DNA of 64,000 nucleotides from sequence record PP886230.1; one strand, given 5' to 3'. This document shows positions 10,460-19,605 of the stretch, piece by piece. The notes beneath the pieces are model-generated. The model saw only the letters and a program-made list of their open reading frames with translations, had not been told where the DNA came from and ran no database searches. Position 1 is the first letter of the stretch. Each line of letters starts with the position of its first letter. Both the position numbers and the translations under genes were made by a program.

Positions 10460-10996
10460 ATGAATAGATTACAACAAATCCTAACTGAAAAGAAACCAGT
10501 TTATGAATACCGAGTTAAGTTTGCAGTTGAACCAACACCTGAGCAACTTAGTAAAGTAACACAGCGACTAATGGATCGCTATGATGCGTTTGAAATTGGA
10601 GCACTAAAGAAAACAATTTTTATGGAAAAACCATTAGATTTCTATGAATTAGATTGTGGTGAAATTTGGATGTTTGACTTTAAATGTCATCGTGGTGTTC
10701 AATCAAATGTACTAATGTATGAAATTGGCAATTTACTAAGCATGACAGAAGCATTGATTCGTGTTCGTAGTAAAGATGAACCTCGTCAAATTGAAATGAC
10801 TGATTTGGAAGATGATATCGATTTTGATGATGTTGATGAACCAGTTATTGGAGTGGATTTTGGTAAACCAGAAGACAGTTATGACTTAGCTGGACAACAA
10901 CGTGCAAACACTGCCGTTGATGATGCAATTGAAGCATCGAAAAAAGACAATAAATACTCTCAATATATGAGTGCTGGTTTTGGTAAAAAGGATTAA
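10460..10996 (+). CDS. putative virion/head protein
   Basis: late TAAATA at 10426-10431, GGAG SD; N-terminal ILTE motif; acidic C-terminus. Confidence 0.55.
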   Translation: MNRLQQILTEKKPVYEYRVKFAVEPTPEQLSKVTQRLMDRYDAFEIGALKKTIFMEKPLDFYELDCGEIWMFDFKCHRGVQSNVLMYEIGNLLSMTEALIRVRSKDEPRQIEMTDLEDDIDFDDVDEPVIGVDFGKPEDSYDLAGQQRANTAVDDAIEASKKDNKYSQYMSAGFGKKD

Positions 10997-10999
10997 CAC

Positions 11000-11542
11000 A
11001 TGAGTATACTTAATGAAATGTTAGATTATGAAGACAATGAGTTAAATGAAGCTCGTCCTTATAGTCGTTCACAAAGTGCAGTTGATAGTGCAAAAGGAAA
11101 AGTAAAAGGCTTTTTTGGTAGTGGACAGATTGAACAAGGTGCACAAGAAGTTGGTGCTGAAGCCAACCGCTTATGGGCAGAGTTTAAACGTTATGTTGGA
11201 CGTAAATATGGTAAAGCTCAACCATCAGTACCTTACGCTGATGTGGCACAGTTTTTTAAAGGTAACAATCTTGATATTAAACATTTAGGGAACAATCCTC
11301 GTCGTTCTTTTACACCAAAAGATGTAGGTACTGCTCTATTAAATGCTGCTCGTGATATAATGAATGACTACCGTGACCAACAAGGTGGCGAAGAAAGTTC
11401 AGAATCACAACCATCACAATCGACCTCAACTGAGCAACCAGCACAACAAGAACAACCAAAAGCACAAGGTTCCAGTATCCCTGATGCTCTACAAAAATTA
11501 AGTCCAGAGCAACGCGACCAACTGTTACGTATGCTTTCTTAA
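11000..11542 (+). CDS. putative internal head protein
   Basis: N-terminal ILNE/LNEA motifs, Q/S/E-rich linker, same late operon. Confidence 0.55.
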   Translation: MSILNEMLDYEDNELNEARPYSRSQSAVDSAKGKVKGFFGSGQIEQGAQEVGAEANRLWAEFKRYVGRKYGKAQPSVPYADVAQFFKGNNLDIKHLGNNPRRSFTPKDVGTALLNAARDIMNDYRDQQGGEESSESQPSQSTSTEQPAQQEQPKAQGSSIPDALQKLSPEQRDQLLRMLS

Positions 11543-11555
11543 GGAGAATCAACAC

Positions 11556-13073
11556 ATGGATAATTTTTTCAGTACTGAAACTACCACAGTTCCTAATGGA
11601 TATGTATATACGTCACATACTGGTGCAAAATATGTATTTCTTGAAGGATTCTGGTTCAATGACAATAATATGTTAATGGTAGACCCTAGAAAATACCCAT
11701 CCATGTACGCAAGTGCTCGACAACAGATTGTCGAGCACAATCTAGCTTCAAATGAATATAAGATTGGTAACAAATATATTGTTGAAGGTAAAGAGTGTAC
11801 ATTTATTGGTGAAAACCGTTTCAATTCAAAAGATGGAATTCTATTAACTGAAAGTGAATTCATCACTGAATTAATGGCAGATGATCATCGAGTATATAAT
11901 GTTTCTAAAGAAACACTACAAAAAGAATGGAATGCATTAAAATTTTACATTCTTCCACCATATGCTGATGATATATCAATTCCAGCAGGTATGGAAGTAA
12001 GTGGTTTTAAATTTGTGCCAAAGAATCACCGTTTTGTTGATATGAAATCAGGACGAGCAGTTGATCCAGCAATGACCCGTAAACTATCAGATGAAGGTAT
12101 GCGTATTGCTCGTCAGTTAGCTTCTAAAAATAAACTAATTCCAATCAAATCAACCTTAGTTCAAGGCAATACACGTTGTGAGTGGAATGGTAAAGAATTT
12201 TGTGATAATGATGGTAATGTAGTAATTCCAGAACAAAATGCACATGCAATTATTAATGCATATCAGCAATTTGTTAAGAATAACCCAAGTGATTTTCCTA
12301 CATTAACGGGTGAACACGAACATAGTGAGCAACGTTTTGGTTCAGGTGAAAAGCCACATAAAGCTTCACACCCTGCTAAACAGCCAGTATTTGCAACTAA
12401 AGAATCAATTAATGAAGCAGATGAAGAAATTGAAGAATTTGAAAGCATTACTGTTCCTGACGGTTATAGAATGACTTCTTCTAAAGGAAAAACATACGCT
12501 AAGAAAAATAACTTGTGGTATGATATCGAAAGTAAAAAGCAACTTAACACAAGTGCTTCTAAAAGTGTTGAACGAGCAGCACAGCGTGATATTTTCCGTC
12601 ATAACAATTCCGGTGCTATGAAAATCGGTACAAAAGTTAAATCCAAACAAGGCAAAGAATATTCGTATGTTGGTGGTGACAGATTCATTAGTGCTGATGG
12701 TAAGTTTATACCAAAAGCAACTGCTGCTAAATTACTTGCCAAATATGAACAAGATAAAGAAGTTAAAAGTGATGAAACACCTGAAGTAGACTCTGGTACT
12801 GAGCAAATTCAATCAAAAGAAGAACCTAAGAAAGAACCAGAATCTGAACAAAAACCAGACGAAGTTTCTGAACCAGAAACTAAATCTGAAACAATTGCTG
12901 GTGATGATGTACAATCATTAGCTTCTAAAATTAAAGAGTCACCTTATGCTAAAAAAATCACAGTACTACTAACTCGTGGTGATGAGGTTTCTCTACTTGC
13001 TGCTGACATTTTACTTTCAGGTAAAAAGGATGAAACAGTGCAAATTTTAAAATCATTAAATAATAATGATTGA
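11556..13073 (+). CDS. putative internal head protein with three ~85-aa repeats
   Basis: repeats begin VPNGY (11589), IPAGM (11979), VPDGY (12453); LTES/INEA motifs; E/P/K-rich linker. Confidence 0.65.
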   Translation: MDNFFSTETTTVPNGYVYTSHTGAKYVFLEGFWFNDNNMLMVDPRKYPSMYASARQQIVEHNLASNEYKIGNKYIVEGKECTFIGENRFNSKDGILLTESEFITELMADDHRVYNVSKETLQKEWNALKFYILPPYADDISIPAGMEVSGFKFVPKNHRFVDMKSGRAVDPAMTRKLSDEGMRIARQLASKNKLIPIKSTLVQGNTRCEWNGKEFCDNDGNVVIPEQNAHAIINAYQQFVKNNPSDFPTLTGEHEHSEQRFGSGEKPHKASHPAKQPVFATKESINEADEEIEEFESITVPDGYRMTSSKGKTYAKKNNLWYDIESKKQLNTSASKSVERAAQRDIFRHNNSGAMKIGTKVKSKQGKEYSYVGGDRFISADGKFIPKATAAKLLAKYEQDKEVKSDETPEVDSGTEQIQSKEEPKKEPESEQKPDEVSEPETKSETIAGDDVQSLASKIKESPYAKKITVLLTRGDEVSLLAADILLSGKKDETVQILKSLNNND

Positions 13074-13095
13074 TAACTAAAAGGATTTATTTAAA

Positions 13096-14076
13096 ATGGC
13101 TAAAAAAATTAATGAAGCACAAGTTAAAATCGATATCGCAGGTTTAGAATCTGATGATTTGGAAACTCTATCACGTATGTTAGCTCTTGCTGGTCAAGCT
13201 GAACGTCAAGACCCAGTAGTTGCCGCTCCAGTACCATCTATGGGGTCTATGACTCCATCTCTTCCACCTATTGCTCCACTAGATCTCGATTCTATTGGTG
13301 CTGAAGAAGAAATTGGTGGAATTGAAACTTCAGTTGAAGACCCACTAGCAGCGGCAGTTGATGATCTTTCCGCTGATGTTGGTGATTTTGGTGCTGACAC
13401 AGATGAAGTTAGTATGGATGCTGAATTTTCAGAACCAGGTGTAGAAGGTGAAGAAGATTTTTCTCTTGACCTTAGTGGTCAACCTCAACTAGAATCAGTT
13501 GAAGAAGACGATGAGGAAGAAGAAGAAATTATTGAAGAAGAATTCGATTTTAGTCGTATGCTATCTCTTGCTGGTATTAACGAAGAAGAAGACGAAGATT
13601 TTTCAGTAGAGGGTAATCCTGCTACCGATAAAGAAATGAAAGATACCCAATTTCTACCAGATCTAAGTATCTCTGAAGATGAAGAACCATCTAACAGTAC
13701 TGATTATGGTCCATATGAAACAGAAGCTGATGCCGTTCGTGATGGTCAACTAAAGACTAATGGTGTTGAAGGTGACCATTTTGTTGTAATTGCAAAAGGC
13801 AATCAATTTTATTGGAGACGTGTTGTAGATGAAGATCTTGACAATCGTCCAGAACCTGAGTATTATGATAATGAAGGGAACGAAAATCGTGTTCATAAAT
13901 TTGAACCAAAATTCCCAGGCACTGCATTAGGAGATAACCCACTAAATGTTAATGAAAGTGAAGAAGATGATTCACCTGAAGGTAACATTGACTTGGAAGA
14001 TGATTCTGATGAAGAAGTAGAAGATATTTTTGAAAGTCTCCAAGAAAAATACAAGAAATTTTTAGGAGACAAATAA
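13096..14076 (+). CDS. highly acidic putative prohead core/scaffold-like protein
   Basis: very D/E-rich; RMLALAG and RMLSLAGINE repeats; INEA, LES, VNES, IFES motifs. Confidence 0.6.
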   Translation: MAKKINEAQVKIDIAGLESDDLETLSRMLALAGQAERQDPVVAAPVPSMGSMTPSLPPIAPLDLDSIGAEEEIGGIETSVEDPLAAAVDDLSADVGDFGADTDEVSMDAEFSEPGVEGEEDFSLDLSGQPQLESVEEDDEEEEEIIEEEFDFSRMLSLAGINEEEDEDFSVEGNPATDKEMKDTQFLPDLSISEDEEPSNSTDYGPYETEADAVRDGQLKTNGVEGDHFVVIAKGNQFYWRRVVDEDLDNRPEPEYYDNEGNENRVHKFEPKFPGTALGDNPLNVNESEEDDSPEGNIDLEDDSDEEVEDIFESLQEKYKKFLGDK

Positions 14077-14077
14077 T

Positions 14078-14473
14078 ATGCAATATAATTATCGTGAACT
14101 AGTTGAAGCGTTAGACGAAATTACCGGAAGAGATGAAGACGAAAGTTTTTCAGTTGAAGTTGAATCCGATGTTGTAGCAGTTGATGTTCTTAAGGATATT
14201 ACCAAATGTCTTATTGATATTGTTGATAAGATTAAATCTGGTGAAGACCAAAAAGAAATTGTAGATAAACTACAAAAAGCCTGTGACATTTTGTCTGACA
14301 TTCGATATAATGATGAAAGTACTGAAGTTGCTGATGAAGAAGTGTTGGAAGCCATTGCAGGTTGTTTTGGAACTGAAGGTATGGGACCAACAATTGACAA
14401 AGAAGGCGTACAACACTATAATGAGCCTGGTGCACCATCATATGCTGCACGTCAAGGTTTTGTTGGAGACTAA
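14078..14473 (+). CDS. acidic hypothetical protein
   Basis: GGAG SD, tight coupling to neighbours, LVEA/VLEA motifs. Confidence 0.6.
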   Translation: MQYNYRELVEALDEITGRDEDESFSVEVESDVVAVDVLKDITKCLIDIVDKIKSGEDQKEIVDKLQKACDILSDIRYNDESTEVADEEVLEAIAGCFGTEGMGPTIDKEGVQHYNEPGAPSYAARQGFVGD

Positions 14474-14476
14474 TAT

Positions 14477-14857
14477 ATGTTTCCAGAACCATCACATAAC
14501 AGTACTGAATATCAAAATAATGTACTTTCCAAAGTTAGGGAAGTACATGAATCAGATTCAGAAATAACAGACCGTATGCTTCTGATGTCAATTTTTGAAA
14601 ATTTCAGAACTGGCGGTGGTTTACGTCTTAGCAAGTTTGGGTATGGAATTTGTAAAGAAAATAATCTTTATGAATTTACCAAAATCCCCTTGCAAAGAGA
14701 ATTTAAAAGTTCTATAATGTTTACATCACTTGACAGAATATGTACTTCACCTTATTATGTTGAAGGTCAGTACATATATCTGACAGATGCAATGATAATA
14801 ACTGAATTAACATTGTGTTGTGATGATTTTAAACAGTTATTTTCTATTCATATGTAA
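14477..14857 (+). CDS. hypothetical protein (126 aa)
   Basis: GGAG SD; last gene before the 310-bp non-coding promoter block. Confidence 0.6.
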   Translation: MFPEPSHNSTEYQNNVLSKVREVHESDSEITDRMLLMSIFENFRTGGGLRLSKFGYGICKENNLYEFTKIPLQREFKSSIMFTSLDRICTSPYYVEGQYIYLTDAMIITELTLCCDDFKQLFSIHM

Positions 14858-14880
14858 GAAAAATGAATTAAAAATAAATG

Positions 14881-14908
14881 TTGACAAGATAGAATGATGT
14901 GATACAAT
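14881..14908 (+). promoter_or_regulatory. sigma70-type promoter P1
   Basis: TTGACA-N16-TACAAT with TG extension. Confidence 0.75.
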
Positions 14909-14972
14909 AAGCATCAGACATAAAGTTTTCAAGCGACACAAGATGTGAGTTTGAAAAAAAAGAAAAAAGTGA

Positions 14973-15000
14973 TTGACAAGTTGAAACGATGTGATATAAT
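14973..15000 (+). promoter_or_regulatory. sigma70-type promoter P2
   Basis: TTGACA-N16-TATAAT with TG extension. Confidence 0.85.
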
Positions 15001-15099
15001 GTTCACATCAAGACAGCAAAGAGATTTACCTTTTAAACACACGGATGATTCATGAAGTAACAAAGGAACTGATAAGTTAAATTATTTTAACACAGTTCC

Positions 15100-15128
15100 T
15101 TTACTTTTGCCCACGGATTGGCTATAAT
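15100..15128 (+). promoter_or_regulatory. sigma70-type promoter P3
   Basis: TTTACT-N17-TATAAT, 41 nt upstream of the AAA gene ATG. Confidence 0.6.
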
Positions 15129-15169
15129 AGAAACTTAAACGATTTTATCCAACAAAAGGAAATATATAC

Positions 15170-16495
15170 ATGACTACTCAAAACGATATCCTGAACGTTA
15201 AACTGACTCCAAAGAAAGCTAAAGAAGCAATGGCACTAGCTGACATGATTCAAGATAGCCTGATGATTTGGGGTAGCCCAGGTATCGGTAAGTCTGCAAT
15301 CGCTCGTCAATACGCTGATGAAAATTACCCACTGCGTAAAGATAACGTAGCTAAAATCGAGTTCATGAAACAACAAATCGAAGCTGACCCTGAAAATGCT
15401 GATCAGCTACGCCGTGAACTGGCTGCATTTGAAGCAAAACTAATCGACCAAGATACTAACTTTATCGATTTCCGTTTGTCTCAAATCGAACCAAGTGACC
15501 TTCGCGGTATTCCAGTACCAGAGAAGCTTTTCCGTAAAACTGACGGTTCTCTTCTGAAAGAATCTGAGCTTGCCGAAGCAAAAGATTATGTAGCTGAAAC
15601 TGCGGTAGTATGGGCTGCACCTAAAGTTCTGAAATTGTCCGAAGATTGGAAAGGTGTTATTCTGTTTGACGAAATTAACTCTGCAATGCCTATTGTTCAG
15701 GCAGCGTCTTATCAGCTAATCCTCGACCGTTGTGTTGGTGAGATGAAGCTACCTAAGACTGCACTGATTCTTGCAGCAGGTAACCGTGAAACTGATGGCG
15801 GTGTAACTTTCTCTCTTGCTACACCACTGCGTGACCGTATGACTCACATTGAGATGATTCCTTATCATCAAGATTGGATTAACGATTATGCGATTGCAAA
15901 ACGTTTGAACCCAGCAACTGTTGCGTTCATCAACAACACTGGTTCTAAGTACTTTAACACACTTAGTCCACAAGATCCTTCTCACAGTGGTGGTACTTCT
16001 CCACGTTCATGGGAAGCAGTAGCACGCTACGAAGATCTCAAGAAAACTAAGACAATTGATAAAGAAGTGTTCCGTGCAATGATTGCTGGTCGTGTTGGTG
16101 AAGGTGTTGCAACTGAATACATTGAGTACGTTGAGAACGTTGCTAAATTACCAGATACTATGTCTATTCTGTCTGGTGAAATCAAAGAAATCGACGCAAC
16201 GCTGGATATTTCTGCGAACTACTTTATCACTCTGAACTTGGTTTATAAAATTATCGACCTGTTCAATGAGAAGCAAGAACAACGTCTACCAGTGGAAGAA
16301 TGGGGTAAACTGTGTAACAACTTCATCACCTTCCTAGACCATAACTTCTCTGCAACTCAAGCAGAACTGGCAGTACTGGCAATTCGTACCATCACGCTTC
16401 ATAAGGTTGCGATTTCCATTAAAGATGTACCAGCGTTTAAAGATTTCATCGCTAAGTACTCTGATCTTGTACGTAAAGCACGCTCTCTTGGCTAA
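15170..16495 (+). CDS. MoxR-like AAA+ ATPase
   Basis: Walker A WGSPGIGKS, DFRLSQIEPSDLRGIP, Walker B ILFDEINSA, AAGNR, PLRDR, SPRSWE; adjacent to a vWA gene. Confidence 0.85.
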   Translation: MTTQNDILNVKLTPKKAKEAMALADMIQDSLMIWGSPGIGKSAIARQYADENYPLRKDNVAKIEFMKQQIEADPENADQLRRELAAFEAKLIDQDTNFIDFRLSQIEPSDLRGIPVPEKLFRKTDGSLLKESELAEAKDYVAETAVVWAAPKVLKLSEDWKGVILFDEINSAMPIVQAASYQLILDRCVGEMKLPKTALILAAGNRETDGGVTFSLATPLRDRMTHIEMIPYHQDWINDYAIAKRLNPATVAFINNTGSKYFNTLSPQDPSHSGGTSPRSWEAVARYEDLKKTKTIDKEVFRAMIAGRVGEGVATEYIEYVENVAKLPDTMSILSGEIKEIDATLDISANYFITLNLVYKIIDLFNEKQEQRLPVEEWGKLCNNFITFLDHNFSATQAELAVLAIRTITLHKVAISIKDVPAFKDFIAKYSDLVRKARSLG

Positions 16496-16509
16496 TTAAC
16501 AAAGAGTTG

Positions 16510-16545
16510 TTGACAAGAAGGATGCCTAATGGTATCCTTCTTTTA
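16510..16545 (+). promoter_or_regulatory. sigma70-like promoter overlapping a terminator hairpin
   Basis: TTGACA (16510)-N17-TATCCT; hairpin aagaaggatgcc-taat-ggtatccttctt then ttat. Confidence 0.55.
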
Positions 16546-16569
16546 TCTTAACTAAACGAGGAAATATAC

Positions 16570-17994
16570 ATGTCAGATAACAAATCTACTTCAAGATTCA
16601 ATGAAGTATCTCCGACACTCCAGAAAGAATGTCAAGAACGTCTGGTTCTGGCTCGTACATCTTTGATGTTAACTGCACCATTCTTTGGTGTACTCGCTTC
16701 ACGTTTACGTCCAGTTCCTAATAATACATGGTGTCGTACTCTAGCAGTGGATGGTAAACATCTATTCTACAACGTAGAATTTGTAATGGGCATTCAAGAC
16801 CCATCTAAAAAGAAAGAATATGAAGAAGCTATTCGTGAAAAGCACCCTGAAGTTACAGACGAACAATTAAAAGAAATGACTGAAGGTTTGACTGATGAAA
16901 ACCTTGTTGCTGTAATTTGTCATGAAATTCTACACTGTGCTTACGATCACTTCCTTCGTCGTGGTATGCGTGATCCACAACGTTATAACCGTGCAGCGGA
17001 TTATGCCATTAACCAAATCATCGTTCGTGAGAAAATTGGGAAAATCCAAAGTTCATGGTTGTATGATAAAAAATATGAAGGCATGACCGCAGAAGAGATT
17101 TACATTCTTCTTGAAGAAGAAGAACAAAAAGAAGATGGTGAAGGTGAAGGTCAACCACAAAGTGGCGGCGGTGAAGGTGAAGGTAAAAATCGCGGTACTT
17201 TTGGCGATATTAAAGATGGTAAGGGTAAACCAAAAGGTACTACCATTGACCAGCATGACGTTCCACAAGAAGGTCAAGAGGGTGGTTCAAGTGAACAGCA
17301 AAAACGTGATTACATGGATGATTTCAAAACAGCAATGATGAATGCTGCTCGTGCAGGTGGTACACCAGCAGAAATCGCTCGTATGATTAACAACTTTAAA
17401 GAACCAAAGATTGACTGGCGTTCAAAACTTCAACGTACACTTCGTAGTTGGTTGAAGTCTGATGCAACATATCAAAATCCGAATCGTCGTTCTTGGGGTG
17501 CTGGTTTTGGTTCTAATGGTTCATTCTATGGTAATCCAATTTACCCAGGGATGAAACCAGATGATGATATTGATATTGCGATTGCACTAGATGCTTCTGG
17601 GTCTATTTCTGAAGATATGCTTCGTGATTTCATTAGTGAAGTTCTTGGCATCACTAAACAATTCAAACAGTTTAAGATTCGTATCATGACTTTTGATACT
17701 GAAGTTTATACTGTAAAGGATTACAAAACTGGCGAAGAACGTAAGATTCTGGAATATCCAGTAAAAGGTGGTGGTGGTACTGACTTTGAAGCAGTATGGG
17801 TTCATATGAAGAACGACAACTACAAGCCTAAACAGCTTGTAATGTTTACTGATGGTGAACCGTGGCAGTCATGGGGTGATCCAAACTACTGTAAAACACT
17901 GTTCGTGATTCACAGTAACCCAAATAAAGTTGCACCATTTGGTGAGACTGTACACTACGAATATGAAGCTGATAAAAAGCGTCAACGTAGTTAA
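16570..17994 (+). CDS. HEXXH metallopeptidase-like plus vWA (MIDAS) protein, DUF2201-type
   Basis: TLAVDGKHLFYN, HEILHCAYDHFLR...YNRAADYAIN; G/E-rich linker; DASGS MIDAS, GGGTDF, FTDG. Confidence 0.85.
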   Translation: MSDNKSTSRFNEVSPTLQKECQERLVLARTSLMLTAPFFGVLASRLRPVPNNTWCRTLAVDGKHLFYNVEFVMGIQDPSKKKEYEEAIREKHPEVTDEQLKEMTEGLTDENLVAVICHEILHCAYDHFLRRGMRDPQRYNRAADYAINQIIVREKIGKIQSSWLYDKKYEGMTAEEIYILLEEEEQKEDGEGEGQPQSGGGEGEGKNRGTFGDIKDGKGKPKGTTIDQHDVPQEGQEGGSSEQQKRDYMDDFKTAMMNAARAGGTPAEIARMINNFKEPKIDWRSKLQRTLRSWLKSDATYQNPNRRSWGAGFGSNGSFYGNPIYPGMKPDDDIDIAIALDASGSISEDMLRDFISEVLGITKQFKQFKIRIMTFDTEVYTVKDYKTGEERKILEYPVKGGGGTDFEAVWVHMKNDNYKPKQLVMFTDGEPWQSWGDPNYCKTLFVIHSNPNKVAPFGETVHYEYEADKKRQRS

Positions 17995-18004
17995 GTACTA
18001 AATA

Positions 18005-18035
18005 AAGAGAACGGAATTTTCCGTTCTCTTCTTTT
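18005..18035 (+). terminator. intrinsic terminator
   Basis: aagagaacggaa-tt-ttccgttctctt-ctttt. Confidence 0.8.
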
Positions 18036-18041
18036 ATAAGT

Positions 18042-18069
18042 GGGACAACTTATAAAAATATGATATAAT
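18042..18069 (+). promoter_or_regulatory. pre-replicative promoter of the 16-bp family
   Basis: GGGACA-N16-TATAAT with TG extension; -35 flanked by the 10-bp inverted repeat ttttataagt/acttataaaa. Confidence 0.65.
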
Positions 18070-18103
18070 AGTTAATGTACCAATATACATGGAGAGTATT
18101 AAA

Positions 18104-18349
18104 ATGGAACAAGAAAATAATCAAATTCAACTAACCCTTCTAGACCTAATCAATGCTGCAAAAATCATGGAAGCTGCTGTTGCACGAAACACCTTTAAAG
18201 TTGAAGAACTTGTTGAGGTTGCTCCAGTTGTATCTAAATTTGTTTCTTTTGCAAATGTAGCTCTTGAAGATATTAAAGCACAAGAAGATGCAGCTAAAGA
18301 AGAAGCTGAATCACAAGATAGTGAAACTCAAGAAGATAAAGGAGAATAA
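18104..18349 (+). CDS. hypothetical protein
   Basis: GGAG SD at 18091 favours ATG 18104; acidic tail. Confidence 0.65.
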   Translation: MEQENNQIQLTLLDLINAAKIMEAAVARNTFKVEELVEVAPVVSKFVSFANVALEDIKAQEDAAKEEAESQDSETQEDKGE

Positions 18350-18351
18350 TT

Positions 18352-19008
18352 ATGGCAGCTATTCGTCATGTTGGTGTAATGCGTAATACAGGTTCTCGTG
18401 TTTTTGTTGTTTGGCGTTCACTACCAGATGATCCTGAACACTGCCTTATCGTTTATCGTGATTCACTACCAGAAGCATATGTTCACGCAGTAACTGATAT
18501 TGTTATGGGTCATGGTCAATCTAATATTGATTTGTGGGAAGTAATGCATAAAATTGGTTATCTCGATGGACGCAAAATGCTAGATGTTCTACACAACATG
18601 CAGCATCTACGTCGCGTTCGTACTTGTGACATTGATATGCACACTGGTGGTAATAATAAAATTTCTCTTGATGTTCTAAACAAAGCATTAGATGAAAATC
18701 AAGCGAAAGTACAAGAAGATGGTAAAGTAAAAGACTTTAACCCATTCAATCCACAAGAAGCGGACACTAAAGTAGAAGAAGCTACTATTGTAGAACAACT
18801 TCTCACTGATGCACAAAAATATGAAAAACTGGCTAAAGAACATTATGAACGTGCATACAATTTAGAGCCAAGCTTGCGTCCGCAAACACAAGTTGTTGAA
18901 CAACCGAAAGATAGTAAAACAATTTATCTAGAAATTCCAGAAGGTATTTCACAGACTAAAGCTATTGAGAAAGTAAAACAACTATTTGCAGAACGTAAAG
19001 CAAAATAA
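18352..19008 (+). CDS. hypothetical protein
   Basis: GGAG SD; RHVG...VWRSLPDDPEHCLIVY pattern; no function assignable. Confidence 0.65.
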   Translation: MAAIRHVGVMRNTGSRVFVVWRSLPDDPEHCLIVYRDSLPEAYVHAVTDIVMGHGQSNIDLWEVMHKIGYLDGRKMLDVLHNMQHLRRVRTCDIDMHTGGNNKISLDVLNKALDENQAKVQEDGKVKDFNPFNPQEADTKVEEATIVEQLLTDAQKYEKLAKEHYERAYNLEPSLRPQTQVVEQPKDSKTIYLEIPEGISQTKAIEKVKQLFAERKAK

Positions 19009-19011
19009 AAT

Positions 19012-19605
19012 ATGAAAAAGAATGAATTAGATGAAGCAATTAAAGGTTTATCTAATGTATGTTTTAGTGGCGGGGCAGCAGGTGCTGACCGCCTTTTTTC
19101 TATCTATGCAAAAAATAATGGATTTGAAGTTATTAATTTTTCATTCAAAGGTCATGAGCATAGTGTAGATGAAAGTACTATATTAGAAATACCATCCAAT
19201 ATTCTATCTGATATTTCTATATTAAATCAACTAAACATTGCATGTTACTCGTTGCAGCGAAAAGTACCAAAGCCTGGTTCTTATGTTTACAACTTACTTG
19301 CAAGGAATAGTTATCAGATACTTAATACAGAAAGAATATATTGTATTGCAAATATCACATCACCAACTAAGGTAAGTGGTGGTACTGCATGGGCAGTACA
19401 GATGTATATGGATTCAGTTGAAAATCCTGAAATTTATTGTTATGATATGAATTCACGTTCAGTATTTTATTTCGATACAGTACTGAAAGAGTTCACACAA
19501 ACATTCGTCGTTCCAGCACCACATGGTAACTGGACTGGTATTGGTTCACGCAATGCCACCGAAAAACATATGGAACATTTTATTACATTTTTCAAGGAAG
19601 AATAA
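19012..19605 (+). CDS. SLOG-superfamily protein (circularly permuted motif order)
   Basis: SGGAAGAD at the N-terminus, LLARN, SGGTAWAV, and WTGIGSR at the C-terminus. Confidence 0.65.
   Translation: MKKNELDEAIKGLSNVCFSGGAAGADRLFSIYAKNNGFEVINFSFKGHEHSVDESTILEIPSNILSDISILNQLNIACYSLQRKVPKPGSYVYNLLARNSYQILNTERIYCIANITSPTKVSGGTAWAVQMYMDSVENPEIYCYDMNSRSVFYFDTVLKEFTQTFVVPAPHGNWTGIGSRNATEKHMEHFITFFKEE

Noticed and set aside
14990-15007. CRP site TGTGA...TCACA
   Set aside because: Spacer is 8 bp, not the 6 bp CRP needs; kept only as an unassigned palindrome
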